From Octopus vulgaris (taxonomy: Eukaryota), in contig OX597819.1 of assembly GCA_951406725.2 (NCBI GenBank), positions 64,046,001 through 64,110,000 on the forward strand: a stretch of DNA of 64,000 bases, written 5' to 3'. A model generated the notes under the pieces. The model had not been told where the DNA came from. It saw only the letters and a program-made list of their open reading frames with translations, and searched no databases. Position 1 is the stretch's first letter; each line of letters starts with the position of its first letter. Positions 1-14,463 of the stretch are shown here, in pieces. The position numbers were made by a program, and so were the translations under genes.

Positions 1-1552
1 AAGAAGTGGAAGAATTCTGGAGAGAAATATGGTCGGCGAACGAACAACAAAAAAAAAGAAGTATCAAAACAACAAACTCAGCATCTGAGCAACTTTGGAC
101 CCCCATAACAACTGAAGAGGTCACCCAGACACTGCAAAGACTAAGCAACTGGAAGGCACCTGGGCATGACAAGATCCCCAACTTCTGGTAGAAATATCTA
201 ACAGGAATGCACAAAAAGCTGGCTGAAAACTTTAACAGCATGCTAGCAGAGCCAGAGACAATGTCTGAATGGCTCACGAAGGGGGAAAACCATTTTAATA
301 CCCAAATCAAATGGGACAGCAAAACCAGAAAACTACAGACCAATAACCTGTCTCCCTACAATATACAAGGCACTTACTGCAGTGTTATCGCAAAGGTTCA
401 ACAAGCACCTGGACGAAAACAACCTGTTTCCAGAAGAACAGAAAGGATGCCGCAAAGGCTCATATGGCTGTAAAGATCAACTAATGATTAATAAAGCCAT
501 AACTGAAGACAGCCACAGAAAGAAGAAAGGCCTCAGTATGGCCTGGATCGATTGCAAAAACGCGTTTGATAGCATCCCCCCACACATGGATCCTCGAAAC
601 ACTAGCTATTAACAAAGTATTACCAACCCTTATAAAATTCATAGGGCGCTCTATGAATAAATGGCAAACCGTGCTACAGCTCCAAACAAAAGAGGGACTC
701 ATGAAAACCAAAGCAATCCCCATTAGAAGATGAATATTCCAGGGAGACACTCTCTCTCCACTCCTTTTCTGCTTGGCACTGTCACCTCTATCTGATATGC
801 TAAATAGAACTGGATGCGGATATAAATGTTACGGCAAAATGATCAGCCACCTTTTATATATGGATGACCTAAAATTATACGCTGCAAATGACAAACAGCT
901 GGAAACACTATTAAAGACAGTTCATGGATTTACCAAAGAAATAGATATGAAATTTGGATTAGAAAAATGCGCCAAAGTAACCATGAAAAGAGGAAAACTA
1001 GTTAAGAGTAACAACATCACACTAGATAAAACCAGTGAAATAAAAGAATTAGATCAAAGCCAAACTTACAAATAATTAGGAATACATGAACTAGATAAGA
1101 CACAACACACACAAATGAAAGAGAAAATTTTAAAAAATATTATAGACGAGTTAGATCAATACTAAAAACAGAGCTCAATGCTAAAAACAAGATAATAGGT
1201 ATTAACACTTTAGCTGTCCCAGTTATAAGTTACAGCTACAATATCCTTAACTGGACACTAAATGAACTGACCAAAATAGATAGGAAAACAAGAAAAATAA
1301 TGACAGGGTCTAGGATGCATCACCCAAAATCTGACATAGAAAGACTATATATACTACGTATAGAAGGTGGTAGAGGCCTTATACAGCTGGAAAACTACTA
1401 TAAAATAACCACCATAGGACTGCAAAAATATCTACTTCAGAAGGAAGGAAAACTGATACAAATAGCGGCAAAACACCAGCAAAACAAAAAAACTGTTCTC
1501 AGTATTTAAGGAAGCTGACAAATACAAACAAGAAATCATACCACCTAATAAA

Positions 1553-1583
<31 letters not shown>

Positions 1584-2576
1584 AAGAAGAAGAAGAAGAA
1601 GAAGAAGAAGAAGAAGAAGAAGAAGAAGAAGAAGAAAATGAAGAAACAACAAAGGCTATAAAACAAATGAAATCCAAACTAAAACAGAACAGCAACGAAC
1701 CATGATAAAACGATGGCAAGAAAAGCCCCTTCATGGTAAATACTGGACTAAACTAAACGCAAATGAAATAGACAAAGAAAAATCCCAGCAATGGTTGAGA
1801 AGCTCAGGACTCAAAGCAGAGACAGAGGGATTTTTAATTGCAGCACAAGACCAAAGCCTCCCCACCAGAAGTTACCAAAAACATGTAATGAAAAGAAATA
1901 TAACAAGTAACTGCAGAATATGTGGAGATGGACAAGAAACAATAAATCATATTATCTCTGGCTGCCCAATCCTAGCTAAGAAGGAATATATTCACAGACA
2001 TGACAAAGTTGGAACCTACATACACTGGAAGCTATGCCAACATTATGGAATAACAACAGAAAAAAGATGGTATAGGCACACACCAGAAAAGGTCACAGAA
2101 AACGAGAAAGCAACCATACTCTGGGATATGCCGATACGCACAGATAGAGAAATTAAGGCCAACAGACCAGATATAGTTGTCAGAGATCATGAAGAAAAAA
2201 ACGCTTTTTAATTGATGTATCAATACCGGCAGATGACAACGTGTCTCTAAAAGAAATGGAGAAACTTTCAAAATACAAATACCTGGAAATAGAGGTAACC
2301 AGAATGTGGAATCTAAAAACAGAAACAATTCCTATCATAGCAGGTGCATTAGGCATGATAAAAAAATATTCAGACAAATACATAACAAAAACACCAGGAC
2401 TTATAAACACATATAACATACAGAAAATTGCACTACTAGGCACTGCACAATCCTACGCAGAACACTTTCCATACAATAACCATCAGAGCATCACAACAAA
2501 TCACAGCACATACCCAAGGCACACAGAGCTGCGCTCGGTAGTGAAGTGAAAGCACGCTATAAAAATATAACTACTG
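1..2576 (+). mobile_element. R4/Dong-clade non-LTR retrotransposon (RT + CCHC zinc knuckle + restriction-like endonuclease), frameshifted, 5' part outside window
   Basis: Consecutive broken ORFs carry KAPGHDKI, EEQKGCRKGSYGCKDQL, QGDTLSPLLF, HLLYMDDLKLYA (RT), WQEKPLHG, LKAETEGFLIAAQDQ, CRICGDGQETINHIISGC (zinc knuckle), RHD and ILWD..RPDIVV..IDVSIP..KLSKY (RLE). Multiple stops/frameshifts; ends directly in a (TAA)n tail. Confidence 0.92.
1556..1636 (+). repeat. (GAA)27 microsatellite inside the retrotransposon ORF
   Basis: Pure GAA run between the RT and zinc-knuckle regions. Confidence 0.95.
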
Positions 2577-2694
<118 letters not shown>

Positions 2695-2840
2695 CTTTCT
2701 ACTAAAGCAAGTGGCCCGAAATTTGAGTGAGTGGGTACGTTTGAAATGGTATTAATTTCATAACCATCGAATGTCTGAAAAGCAAAGCTGACCGTCGGTT
2801 GGATTTGAACCCTAAACCCAATGCCGGAAGAAATGTGATG
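2695..2840 (-). mobile_element. Degenerate tRNA-derived SINE (family A)
   Basis: Resembles the reverse complement of family A at 8843/36875 (gaaaagcaaagctgacc..ggatttgaac). Confidence 0.5.
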
Positions 2841-4607
2841 CGTGACACTAAACAGAGAAGATCACGTATTTATTTCTTTACTTTCATTAATAATTGTCCC
2901 CACTGTACAACATCTGATATGGCCCTTTTATTAAATACACTTTACTTGTACTGTATAAAGCCCGAAGTATTGAAAGGTAGTGTGTACTCTGGCAAGGCAC
3001 GGTAATATATTTTATTCTGCGCCAGATGTTTTCTGCAAATCAACTGCAAATGTAACGTGTGTAATCTGTGCTCGTATCTAACATTTTCAGCATAGCTTTA
3101 AAATTTACTTTTCTATCGATTCGCATCAGAAGAGTTTTTTTTCTCATCGAAAGAATAAACATGAAAGACAAAATGAATTTGAACTGTAAAAACACGTCAC
3201 TGCTCATAAAATCTTCGACACAGGCTTCAAATGATCTGTTTCGTATCATTCAGCAATTGTCAACAGTGCGGTCACTCATCAAAATGCATGCAAGCACCCA
3301 TTCAGGCAAAATAGACAGATTTGTTTTCATCAATCGACAATATATATTAATGACACTGATAATGATTTGCGTTGGTGTGTAGGTTAAAGAAAGAATGTGT
3401 ATAAATATTTGTTTTTAATATTCTTCCTCGCAAACCAGGAAACGAATTTCATATTTTCCAAAATTGGTAATACTCCTGTTATGGACAGGACTGATTTAAT
3501 CGGTTAAATTGTTTAAATTACCATCGTTTACTTCATGAAGGACATATTAATGTGAGGAATCCTTAAATTCTATTATATTTGAACTAATACCATAAGACAT
3601 AAAGAAACACAAGTTCTCTTTTTGTGCGACGCTATACAGATAACCACATTAATCCTTTGAGATGTTCATTTTATTAGAGCTAGAACTCTTCACTTAAGAG
3701 GGCACACTGAGTTCAATAAGAGCTATGAAATATAAATGAAAGCTGACCCGAGTGGGATTTGAAGTAAAAACATAAACATACTCATTAGAGCATCAGACAA
3801 AATATCTCATAACATTTGTGAATATTCTTTGACGGCTGAGTGCCTCACAAGCTTTTCGTCATTCAGCGTCAGTAGGTTAGCAGAGTTTCATAAACATCAG
3901 TGAGGATAATTTAAGGAAATGTTGACTTCTTTTCTTTTCTCAGTGGAAATCCCTTCTTCGATTCTTACATTCACAGACTTAATGCATTGCCAAGTTCGAC
4001 AAGATCACTTGACATTTTCGGTTCTTATAGCGGTGCTCTCACTGTATGATGGATGCGGGATAAATTTTCAGTATGATAGAACCATACTCCATCTCTCATA
4101 GTATTCTCAGAGGTCCCTGTAACTGTAACAGACAGTGATATATAAATATATGAGAAACGAAAAAAGAATGGCTGTAGGATTTTGACAGAATCAGTATGTT
4201 AATGTTGCCAGCAAGTATGAATTTTGGTTCCTAACATAATGAAATATATCGTATCTTTTAAATTTCTTTCATTTATTTCAAGGCTATTTCGTTTCTTTAC
4301 AGTCCTAAATTGTTCGTCCTTGGAATTATTCTTCAAATGTTAGATTTACTTATGCACGCTTGTATTCGCTATACTTTGAAATATGTTCTTAATATTTTCC
4401 ACACTTCTATAAATACTTCATATGTAAAAAATGTGTTTTAAAGAACAGCATTACTCTCCTTCTTTCTTTCTCTTCCTCTCTCTCATATGCATAGCAATAT
4501 GTATGTGATGCATATATGTGTACGTATTAGAGTGTGCCTGTCTATATAGGTGTTATATATATATAAGTATATGTTTATGTTTTTGTGTGTGTGAGTACCT
4601 ATTTACC

Positions 4608-4664
<57 letters not shown>

Positions 4665-5937
4665 ACACACATACTGGAATACATATATTCATACACACAC
4701 ACACACACTCACGCATAGATATGTGTAATTGTACACACACTCACACACAAACACATAGGACTCAAGGAATCACAGCAAAAGTTATGTCTCTGTGTACATT
4801 CTATTATATTTTCAAATCTCTTCTGCTTTCTCCTGTGAATGCTTATTACTATTACAGAGAGTACATCGAAAAGGGATTTCAAATGGAAGACAAGAAAGAC
4901 GACCAGAAGAGTTGTGCGCAGAAATAAACACACATAGTTGAACAAGAAGTATATAAATAAATAAAGTAAGGAATGTGTTTGAAATGCATTTAATATAACT
5001 AGAAAATAAAATACGCCATTTTATAATGCAAAATCCTTTAGAAACTGCTATATCATCTATCTCTGTTCCATTTGTTTGTATGCCATCTCCTTTACGTACT
5101 GTTGTTAAGTAAATACAATAGTAGTACTATTCAGTCTCTGATGCTAGACAAGAATAAGAAAGGAGATAGTTACATGTAGGTATACAAAAAAATAAAAGCC
5201 AAAAAAATATCAACATAACAGTAAAGAAATGATTGCTATGATGATGAGAAGCTTTGATTTTCTGATTCCATATAGAATACAGTGGACATTGTGACTCCAG
5301 AAACGCGAAACTTTGCTTTATAGTATTTGTATAAAACATCGGCAGTTTTTTCTCTCTCTCTATCTCTCCCCCCCCCTATCTCTCTCTTTTATTTCTTTTA
5401 CGTTGCATAAAACTGTGACGTCAGGTTTCCTTATTTCTTAGGAGAATCTTCTGTGAACTATTGTTTATGTGAGCGAATAATACCTGCATACAATGTAACA
5501 ACTATCTAAGTCTGAACTAAGATATACAACGCTGCTGAGCATTGCTTAGATACTGCTATATACCTCATTATTTTCTGACAGAAAAAAAAGGAAAAGTAAT
5601 CTTCATTTACATCTTAGCATTTTATAAAAGTTATTGTTACTCCGTAAAACTTCAGCATGGGTCAGTATCTTTTCATATCTCTTCCAAATATTTACTTTTT
5701 TTCCTTACATTTTTTTCGTGAGATTTTCTTCGAAAATTTCCAACATGTAAAACCTTAACGTGGAAATTACTTTTCTTTATTTTCTTTTTGAATTTATTTT
5801 TTTATATGTTTCTCAGAGTTTCTTTCTTTATTATTCTTTTATTTTTCGCTTCTTATCATTCCCAAGGCGTATAATAGAGATTGCATCATTTTCAATTACC
5901 ACGAGATAAATATTATCGCCCTCTTCTTTCTTGAATA

Positions 5938-6050
5938 ATTCTTCTTCTTCTTCTTCTTCTTCTTCTTCTTCTTCTTCTTCTTCTTCTTCTTCTTCTTCTT
6001 CTTCTTCTTCTTCTTCTTCTTCTTCTTCTTCTTCTTCTTCTTCTTCTTCT

Positions 6051-6085
<35 letters not shown>

Positions 6086-6120
6086 TTCTTCATCTTCTCC
6101 TCCTCCTCCTCCTACTGATG

Positions 6121-6156
<36 letters not shown>

Positions 6157-6159
6157 TTT

Positions 6160-6195
<36 letters not shown>

Positions 6196-6196
6196 T

Positions 6197-6234
<38 letters not shown>
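5938..6234. repeat. Compound (CTT)n/(CCT)n/(CTA)n microsatellite
   Basis: Direct reading. Confidence 0.95.
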
Positions 6235-7612
6235 GTTAGAAATTCTTCTTTCTCCTCCCCCTTCTTTTTCTTGTTGTTCTTTTCTCCTTCGTTTCTCCAC
6301 CTCCACCTCCCCTTCCTTATTTTTTTCTTCTTCATCTTCTTCCCATCCTTTCTTTTACTCTGTGTTGTTATTCATATAATGACGTGAGTCTGTTTTTTTC
6401 TGTAATTGCAAAATGGTTGTGTGTTTGTCTTGTTAGCGATTTGCTATGGAGAATTTTTGTGCTACTTTATTGCGAGATAACACACCACAGTAAAGGAACC
6501 AACAAGTGCTTAGTTTTCATATGACTAGGTCTATAAGTTTAAAAAAAATTAAAATATGGAAGCGGATATCTCTAAAGGTAAAGATGGTGACACATTTGTT
6601 GTTCAATAGAGGCGGTATTTTAATAAAAAGGTGTTTTAACGAGGGAAGAAGATTGTTTTTCACAGCTTCTCGTTCACCACATTTGCAAACGTTGTCTACT
6701 ACGTTTGATAGTTAACAACACAAGCATATTGCAACATTGTAGAGTAAATGGATAGGCAGAATAAATTATTTAGCTGCAATCACAAGAGTAACTATCTCAG
6801 CAAGAGGAATAACAATTTCAAAATTATCGAAATCAAAGTGTTACAGTGAAGATTAATGTGATCAAAAAAGAAAAAAAAAACATCATCAAGAGCACGCTGG
6901 GCAGAGACAAAAGAAGAATTGTAAAAAGAAAAGCAGAAAACACAGCTGGGGGGGATTTGAGGAGTAACAGCATAAACAGCAATGTAACAGCAACCGAGGG
7001 CTACGTTCAGAACTACACTTTGCTCCGCCAAAAAAATAAAGAACAAACAAAATAAAAACAAAAGACATCCAATAGAACAATACGACAATTGACAACAGAC
7101 TTCGAAGTGTTTGAATGCTAACGTTTGTTTATGCGGCAGAATCACCAACAGCATTTAGAACGCGTTAGGAAGGCATGGAAGAAATGCTAGAATTTTAATG
7201 AGAAAATTAGGAAGAAATATGACCTACGCCTCAGAGCTTTGTAAAATATCGAGTTACGCATGCTGGCATATAAGGATGATATATCAGCGTTTGGAAATGA
7301 CGACACATGCTCACATTTAGCAATGCTTTTAATAAACCTGAAGGCAGAAATCATTTGTCATTTGTCGAAGATGCTGTAAGAGGGTTACCGCAAGTTTCCT
7401 CTGTGGGCGCGATTGAACGGTCAAAATTACAACACCACTCGACCCTTCCTACTTCCTCCTATCGTAGAGGATAAATGAGGAACGTGAGAATAGAAGCAGC
7501 GATTGCTCGAACCAGTTTGAGAAAGAAACGAAAGAAGACAGGTTATGTCAAAATAACTGGCTGTAAATCTTGATTCAGATCCTATGTAATACAGGTTCAT
7601 GTAGATAAATAA

Positions 7613-7793
7613 TATTTTCGACTATAGGCACAAGGCCTGAAATTTTGGGGGAGGCGGCCATTCGATTACACAATTTGTACTTAATTTATCGCACTACGAA
7701 AAGATGAACGTCAAAGTCAACCTCGGCAGAATTTGAACTCAGAACGTAGCGACAGGCGAAATACTGTTAAGCATTTCATCCAGCGTGCAAACA
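7613..7793 (-). mobile_element. tRNA-derived SINE family A, partial
   Basis: ggcacaaggcctgaaattttggggg..caaagtcaacctcggcagaatttgaactcagaacgtagc..aagcatttc is the reverse complement of family A. Confidence 0.8.
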
Positions 7794-8204
7794 ACTAAGC
7801 ACAGATAGAAATACGAGTATTTTAATGATGGTAAATACGTATGAACATAAAAGGTAATTATATCAGTTGCACTGATATAATAAGGAGTTTAATGGATCTG
7901 AAAAATGATGATAAACCGCATGCTCTGAATAATAGTCCCCCAGTAATTATTACTGGTAATTAGCTAAATTACATTTAAAGAATGCTTAAAAACGGGGGCA
8001 TTTCACAATGCCTCAATGCGAAATATAGGATGGTATCGGGAGTTATGCCTGAATGAGAAAATATATTACAGAGATGTCGCTTAACCGAATCATAAATGTA
8101 ACGTATTCAAATACCCATGAGGTGAAAACCTACTGAGGACTGAGGACATCTTTGTGAAACAATCTGGAGATGATCATAAATAATTCATTATTAAAATGTT
8201 GGCA

Positions 8205-8278
8205 TTATTATTATTATTATAATTAATATTAGTGGTAGTAGTAGTAGTAGTAGTGTATGGATGGTGGTGGTGGTTGTT

Positions 8279-8330
<52 letters not shown>

Positions 8331-8481
8331 CTATGTTGTTGTTCTTGCAATAATGATAGTATGAGTATCGGCAGTCGTACCAGCAAGTAATAATAGTAAT
8401 AGCATAAGTAGTAAAAGTAGCCACAGTATAGCAATAATTACTATACTAGTAGTAGTTGTAGTAGTAGCAGCAGCAGCAGCT

Positions 8482-8556
<75 letters not shown>

Positions 8557-8597
8557 ATTGTAGTAATTGTAGTAATCGTAATATTAGCAGCAGCAGA
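8205..8597. repeat. (TAG)/(TAT)/(CAG) compound microsatellite
   Basis: Direct reading. Confidence 0.9.
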
Positions 8598-8842
8598 AGG
8601 AGAAGTTTTTAATCGTCTTGTTACGTTCTACCTGCATCACTACTGGTACACGATATGACACTCCTCATTGCTTACAGCAGGACTAAGATGAATTAAACAT
8701 CAGTGATGCTCCCACCATTTTTTCCCAACCTATTATCCATCAGGACCTACTATTATCTTCCAGCAAAGTGTATGCTTCACCAGTGGCATATGAGAAATAA
8801 AATAGTAACACATTTGTATAACAGTACCCGGGGTCTTGCTAA

Positions 8843-9413
8843 AGCGGCGAGTTGGCAGAAACGTTAGCACGCCGGGTGAAATGCTTAGCGGGATTTCGTT
8901 TATATTGACGTTCCGAGTTCAAATCCGCCGAGGTCGACTTTGCCTTTCATCCTGTCGGGGTCAATTAAATAAATACCAGTTACATACTGGAGTCGATATA
9001 ATCGACTTAATCCGTTTGTATGTCCTTGTTTTCCATTCTGTTTAGCTCCTTGTGGGTAGTAATGACAGGTATTTCGTCTGCCGCTACGTTCTGAGTTCAA
9101 ATTCCACCGAGGTCGACTTTGCCTTTCATCCTCTCGGGGCCGATTAAATAAGTACCAGTTACGCCCTGGGATCGATTTAATCGACTTAATCCGTTTGTCT
9201 GTCCTTGTTTGTCCTCTCTGTGTTTAACCCCTTGGGGGTAGTAAAGAAATAGTTATTTCAGCTATAGTTCAAATTTCGCCGTGGTCGACTTTGCCTTTCA
9301 TCCTTTCGGGTGTGTTGATAAATTAACTACCAGTTGCCTACTGAGGTCAATCTAATCGACTGTCTCCCTCCCCTCAAAATTTCCGACCTTGTGCCTAGAG
9401 TAGAAAAGAATAA
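8843..9413 (+). mobile_element. SINE family A, head-to-tail trimer
   Basis: A-box-like gcggcgagttggcagaaacgttagc and B-box gagttcaaat; core gtcgactttgcctttcatcc occurs three times; tail ccttgtgcctagagtagaaaagaat. Confidence 0.88.
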
Positions 9414-9829
9414 CGGGGGTGTAGAGACTTCATCACAGCTAACATTTACCTACCTCCTTCTTCTCCTCCTCCGCTTCCTCCTCATCCTTCTCCTCCCCCC
9501 TCCCCTCCTCCTCATCGAGTGGAATATAGTCATCGTTATTATCTTTATCATCCCCATTATCACACGTAGTCTTGATTATTAATATATTACAATTTCTACG
9601 TCTTTTCATCTTTCTCATTATAAACATCGCGCTATTCATCATCTTTTCTTGCTGGTATAGTTTTCTCGCATCTCGTCATGATCGTTGTCATCATCGGTGG
9701 CAGCGGCGCAGCAGACGTGATAGCCGTCGTCCTCCTCCTCAGTAACGTCGTCATCTTTATCATAACCATGCTATTCATAATGATCCTACTGCTACTTCAC
9801 CTTGTCATCATCGTTATCGTCGTGGCGCC

Positions 9830-9866
9830 ATCATCATCATCGTCATCATCATCATCACCATCATCG

Positions 9867-9915
<49 letters not shown>

Positions 9916-10033
9916 ATATCATCATCAGTATCATCATCACCATCATCATCATCACCATAATTATCATCATCATGACGATCATCACGATCATCATCATCAT
10001 CACTATCAACATCATTATCATCATCATTATCAA

Positions 10034-10065
<32 letters not shown>

Positions 10066-10192
10066 CCATCACCACCATCATCATCACCATCATCACGATC
10101 ATTATCATCATTATTATCAACATCAATATCATCATCGTCATCATCATCATCATCATCATCATCGTGGTCATTATTAACCTCGTCATCATCAT
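9830..10192. repeat. (CAT)n imperfect microsatellite
   Basis: Direct reading; accounts for the poly-I/M/D/S ORFs. Confidence 0.95.
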
Positions 10193-10711
10193 AAACGTTC
10201 TCGTTTACATTGTCGTTACATCATCATTTTCATCATTGTCAACATCTTCTTCTTCTTCATCTCCACAGTCATCTTCATCTCCTCGGTCGTACTCATTATC
10301 AGCGACTTCTAGCCTATACAAGTCACTAATACCAGCACCACTCCCATAATCCTCAGCACAACCAGCTCTACCATCATCACACACACAATACCAACAAAAC
10401 AGCAACAACAACAACAATATCAGGAAACCAACAAACCAAAAACATTTGCAAAACAAACTAAACAACAAAATGCAATCATTGATACGGTTATCATTGTCAT
10501 ATTGATATCGTTTCTTTAATTGATATTTTTCCTAAGTCCTATGATAAGCTGTAGCAATAAAATAATGCGCAGACATCGACAGACGTATAATGTAGATGTT
10601 ATGTACGCAGTCATATATTTGCAGTATTATATTTATGCAGGCGTCCATTTATATACTTATATGCGTATGTTTGAGCCAGGATGTACTCATACATATACAC
10701 AAGTGTGCATG

Positions 10712-10752
10712 TGTATATATATATATGCGTTTATATATATATATATATATGC

Positions 10753-10801
<49 letters not shown>

Positions 10802-10838
10802 TACATATATATAAATATATATGTATATATAGGCATAC

Positions 10839-10929
<91 letters not shown>

Positions 10930-10930
10930 G
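10712..10930. repeat. (TA)n microsatellite
   Basis: Direct reading. Confidence 0.95.
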
Positions 10931-12528
10931 CATAAGACAATGAAATACGCACACACTATAGACTCAAATACACACATCTGTATTTCAATTACTACTGGCA
11001 GATTAACTGAGATAAGAATGTTACATATATGTGTTAAGTCAATTGTATTTTGTATGAATATATGTTTCTTTGTATTTATATGTGCCTCTGCACTGTGTTT
11101 ATACGACTAAATGCATATGCATTTATTTTTCTGTATATACGTGTGTAAGCACGTTTTGTATATGTCAATGATTGCGTTTTATATTTGGGTGTTACTGTAT
11201 GAAATGTCTGGAAGACGCAGACAAAATGACAGAATAAACAATTTCACTAATGCTTTCCTTGTTAACGCCTTCTGTTCTGTTGGCTGTTTGTTTAAATATT
11301 TGACTGATATTGACAATTACCAACGCTGCAGAATCAAGGTTATTTTTATTAGACATAATTTGTCTGCTTCGTATATATTTGTCTATGTTTCTTGTTATTT
11401 TTTTTCTTTCTCATCGTTACATAATAGAATGTCTGGAGTAAGCGTTTGAATTGTTTCTACGAGAGACCAACAGTCATGAAATTTATTTATTTCCTACGCT
11501 AAGTTGCACTGTATCAGAGACCAATTGATTAATGGAAACAAAAAATCGGCTAGACATCCACTAACCTTATCACTATTAAATGATAGTGAAAGAAGGGTTA
11601 ATAGACATTTTAAACCGTAGATAGTGTAACCGTGTAATTTCAAAGTTTGTGTGATTTAATTGGAAATCTCGATTTAGGTGTTCATTTTGGGACACTATTT
11701 GATTCGCCAAAGCCAAGGAACACCTACTCCTTTTCAAAGCTATCAATGACTGTATCGATGTTTTGATATTTTTGAAGGCGTGTAGCCTTTTAGTTAAGGT
11801 GTTGCACTGACAGTAGTTTATCTGTCAAATATATCGTTTCATGGCTACCCGTTCAGAGCTAATATTGTGATCCCGGTCAAATTTACGCCATTGAACAAGG
11901 ATAACCGGTTCTACAAGGTCTGGGACTCCAGACGTTTAATACACGTTTAAACCATAATGTGGAATTTCCCTGCTCTCAATTTTGCATTGGTATCTCAATT
12001 AGATTTAAGAAGTGTCTAGGAGACCAAACATCCTGAGAAGTAGCAAGTAATATTTCTCAAATCATGCAAATGACTCTTTAAAATGTAGGGGCATATAATG
12101 AATATAAAACTGTATTATATTCTATCGGAAATTATGACGAATCATCAACGTACTATTAAAATTTCCTCTAGAATCGTTTCAGGTTAAATTCGATTAAAAC
12201 AACAAGGCATTTATCATCTTCATCACGTGAAAACGGTTGAGAAAACTGAACTTAATTTAACTGAGACTGAACAATCTAAAAGTTTCGTGGATAATTTACT
12301 AGGCCTACCCAAACAACATTAACGCATTCTCTAGCTTCAAAGCAACAAAGGCAATGAAATAGAGCAAACGCATAATGATTTATAAGCAAAAACGAACTGT
12401 TTCAAAACGATACTGCAACAATGATTCCACAAAAACGATACAAGGATTTCAAGACAGAGAATCGGTTAGATTAGGATTTCTCACCATGGAAAATATATCC
12501 TCAGATTGTGCAAATATATCAATTGCTT

Positions 12529-12786
12529 ACATTATTTACATTTGACGTATATTTGTCCTCATCTTCTTTGTTGTTAACACAACGTTTTGGCTGATAATTA
12601 CGTTGAAAAATACCTTAGGAATGAGAACCCGGGTTCGAAATTTCACCAAGACACCTGATAAAGGCTGGAGGGTGTATCAGCCGAAACGTTGTGTTAGCAA
12701 AAAAACAATATGAGGACAAATATCCGTCAAAAGTAAGTAATGTAAATAATGTACATAAATCCTCATCCCTTAAATATAGAACTGTA
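12529..12786 (+). mobile_element. Non-autonomous Penelope-like element with inverted 5' arm and degenerate minimal HHR (family P)
   Basis: 12529-12595 is an inverted copy of ~12675-12743. aattgcttaca flanks both sides (12521-12531, 12792-12802). The same body occurs at 53690-53827 and 63451-63580. Confidence 0.75.
12650..12695 (+). ncRNA. Minimal type I hammerhead motif, G8->A (probably inactive copy)
   Basis: gacac-CTGATAA-a-ggctg(gagggtgtat)cagcc-GAAA-cg-TT-gtgtt: helix I gacac/gtgtt, 5-bp helix II, palindromic AACGTT helix III. Confidence 0.6.
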
Positions 12787-12846
12787 ATATGAATTGCTTA
12801 CAAACGTAAAACACTAACAAGTATGCCCAAGGTTAGCAAGTTAATA

Positions 12847-13060
12847 CGAGGGCTGATGAAAAGTTACTAGCTCTGGCTAAAAGAAAATAGAGGAGAATCA
12901 GTTACCTATGATTTTATTCAATATATTTCTCTCTCAGTATCACGTACATATTGCAGCCGTCCTTCAGTTTTTCTAAGCTCCGTTAAAGAACTTGGACGTT
13001 TGGGCCTCCAACCAGATTTTGTGATATCCGAAAGGCCAGAAACATTTCAACACATACTCG
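12847..13060. mobile_element. Mariner-derived MITE
   Basis: TA-cgagggctgatgaaaagtt ... aacatttcaacacatactcg-TA: imperfect TIRs with TA duplication. Confidence 0.7.
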
Positions 13061-13689
13061 TACTTTGTAATACGATTTGTGTTACCAATGTGCTATTCTT
13101 ATTTTTAAGTTCATCTCCATTGATTTCCTATAGAATTCAGACCCACCACTGCATGTTACTACAGTTTAACATAAACCAGCTGGTTTTCTGCTCATTGTTT
13201 ACCGATCTGGTAGCTTTTCAACATAAATAAACAGCACATATCTTACGTACTTAATCGTATGTTCTCTAAGATAAATGCATATTTGTGGGCATTTGGAAGG
13301 ACAAATAACAAATATAATGAAAGTGTTAGTATATGTACAGGTTGGAAATAATAAAACATCCACAAATGTCCAGGCATACACGCACAGTACATATAACTAC
13401 TAAATTAAACGATTAGATTATATACTCTACCGAGCTCAAAAACTGGCAAACTGTTGAATGACGAGACATTTTTATGTCATCCTAATGTTTGCGTATGAGT
13501 GCAGGAACCAATATTTCCACTTGAGTATAATTCTAGTAGAACATTGTGTGCGGGTTGTATGAAATTTAGATGTTGGGAAACTTACGTTGAATTATAACTT
13601 GCATTCTCATTCTCTCTCTCTCTTTCTCTCTCATTCTTTCTTACACACACAGACATATACACACACGCATACATCTATTTATGCATCTA

Positions 13690-14002
<313 letters not shown>

Positions 14003-14043
14003 AGAAAACAAAGTTACTTTATTGAACATGGGTAGAGATATAC

Positions 14044-14446
14044 GAAAAATAGCAGTTGTAAATGCACTGAGAATAGTTAAAATATTTTTTATTAATTTAT
14101 TTCGAGCTTTAAGCGTTTTCACAGTTTACTCTGATCTGCAAAATGTTCAAACAGAAAGATGTGGCTTATATCGCAGCTGTCGTGCTTCTGATTAGTGTTT
14201 GAAGTTTGTACTCTTTAGTTACTTAATGTCTCAAATTAGGATATGTTTTGAATAGTGTTAGATTAAGTTGAACCATGAACTCTGTATAAAAACAGGGCAA
14301 ACTGCAAATACTAGTTTAGAAGCAAGACAACTACGAAATAAGCCACATCTTTCTATTTGAACTTTTTGAAAATCACTGTAAATAGTTTTAAATATAATAA
14401 TAAAAAAAATAACTGTTCTCAGTGCATTTTCAACTTCTATTTTTCC
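14044..14446. repeat. Fold-back/MITE-like element with ~150-165-bp diverged inverted arms
   Basis: gaaaaatagcagttgtaaatgcactgagaatagtt..gaaagatgtggcttat (left) pairs with ataagccacatctttc..aactgttctcagtgcattttcaacttctatttttc (right). Confidence 0.8.
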
Positions 14447-14463
14447 TACACACACACACACAC

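Noticed and set aside
4857-4970. Possible exon (ttacag..gtaagg)
   Set aside because: Stops in all three frames before the donor, and no supporting neighbouring exons.
12853-12859. CTGATGA as a hammerhead core
   Set aside because: Lies within a mariner TIR; no helix II/GAAA/helix I partner.
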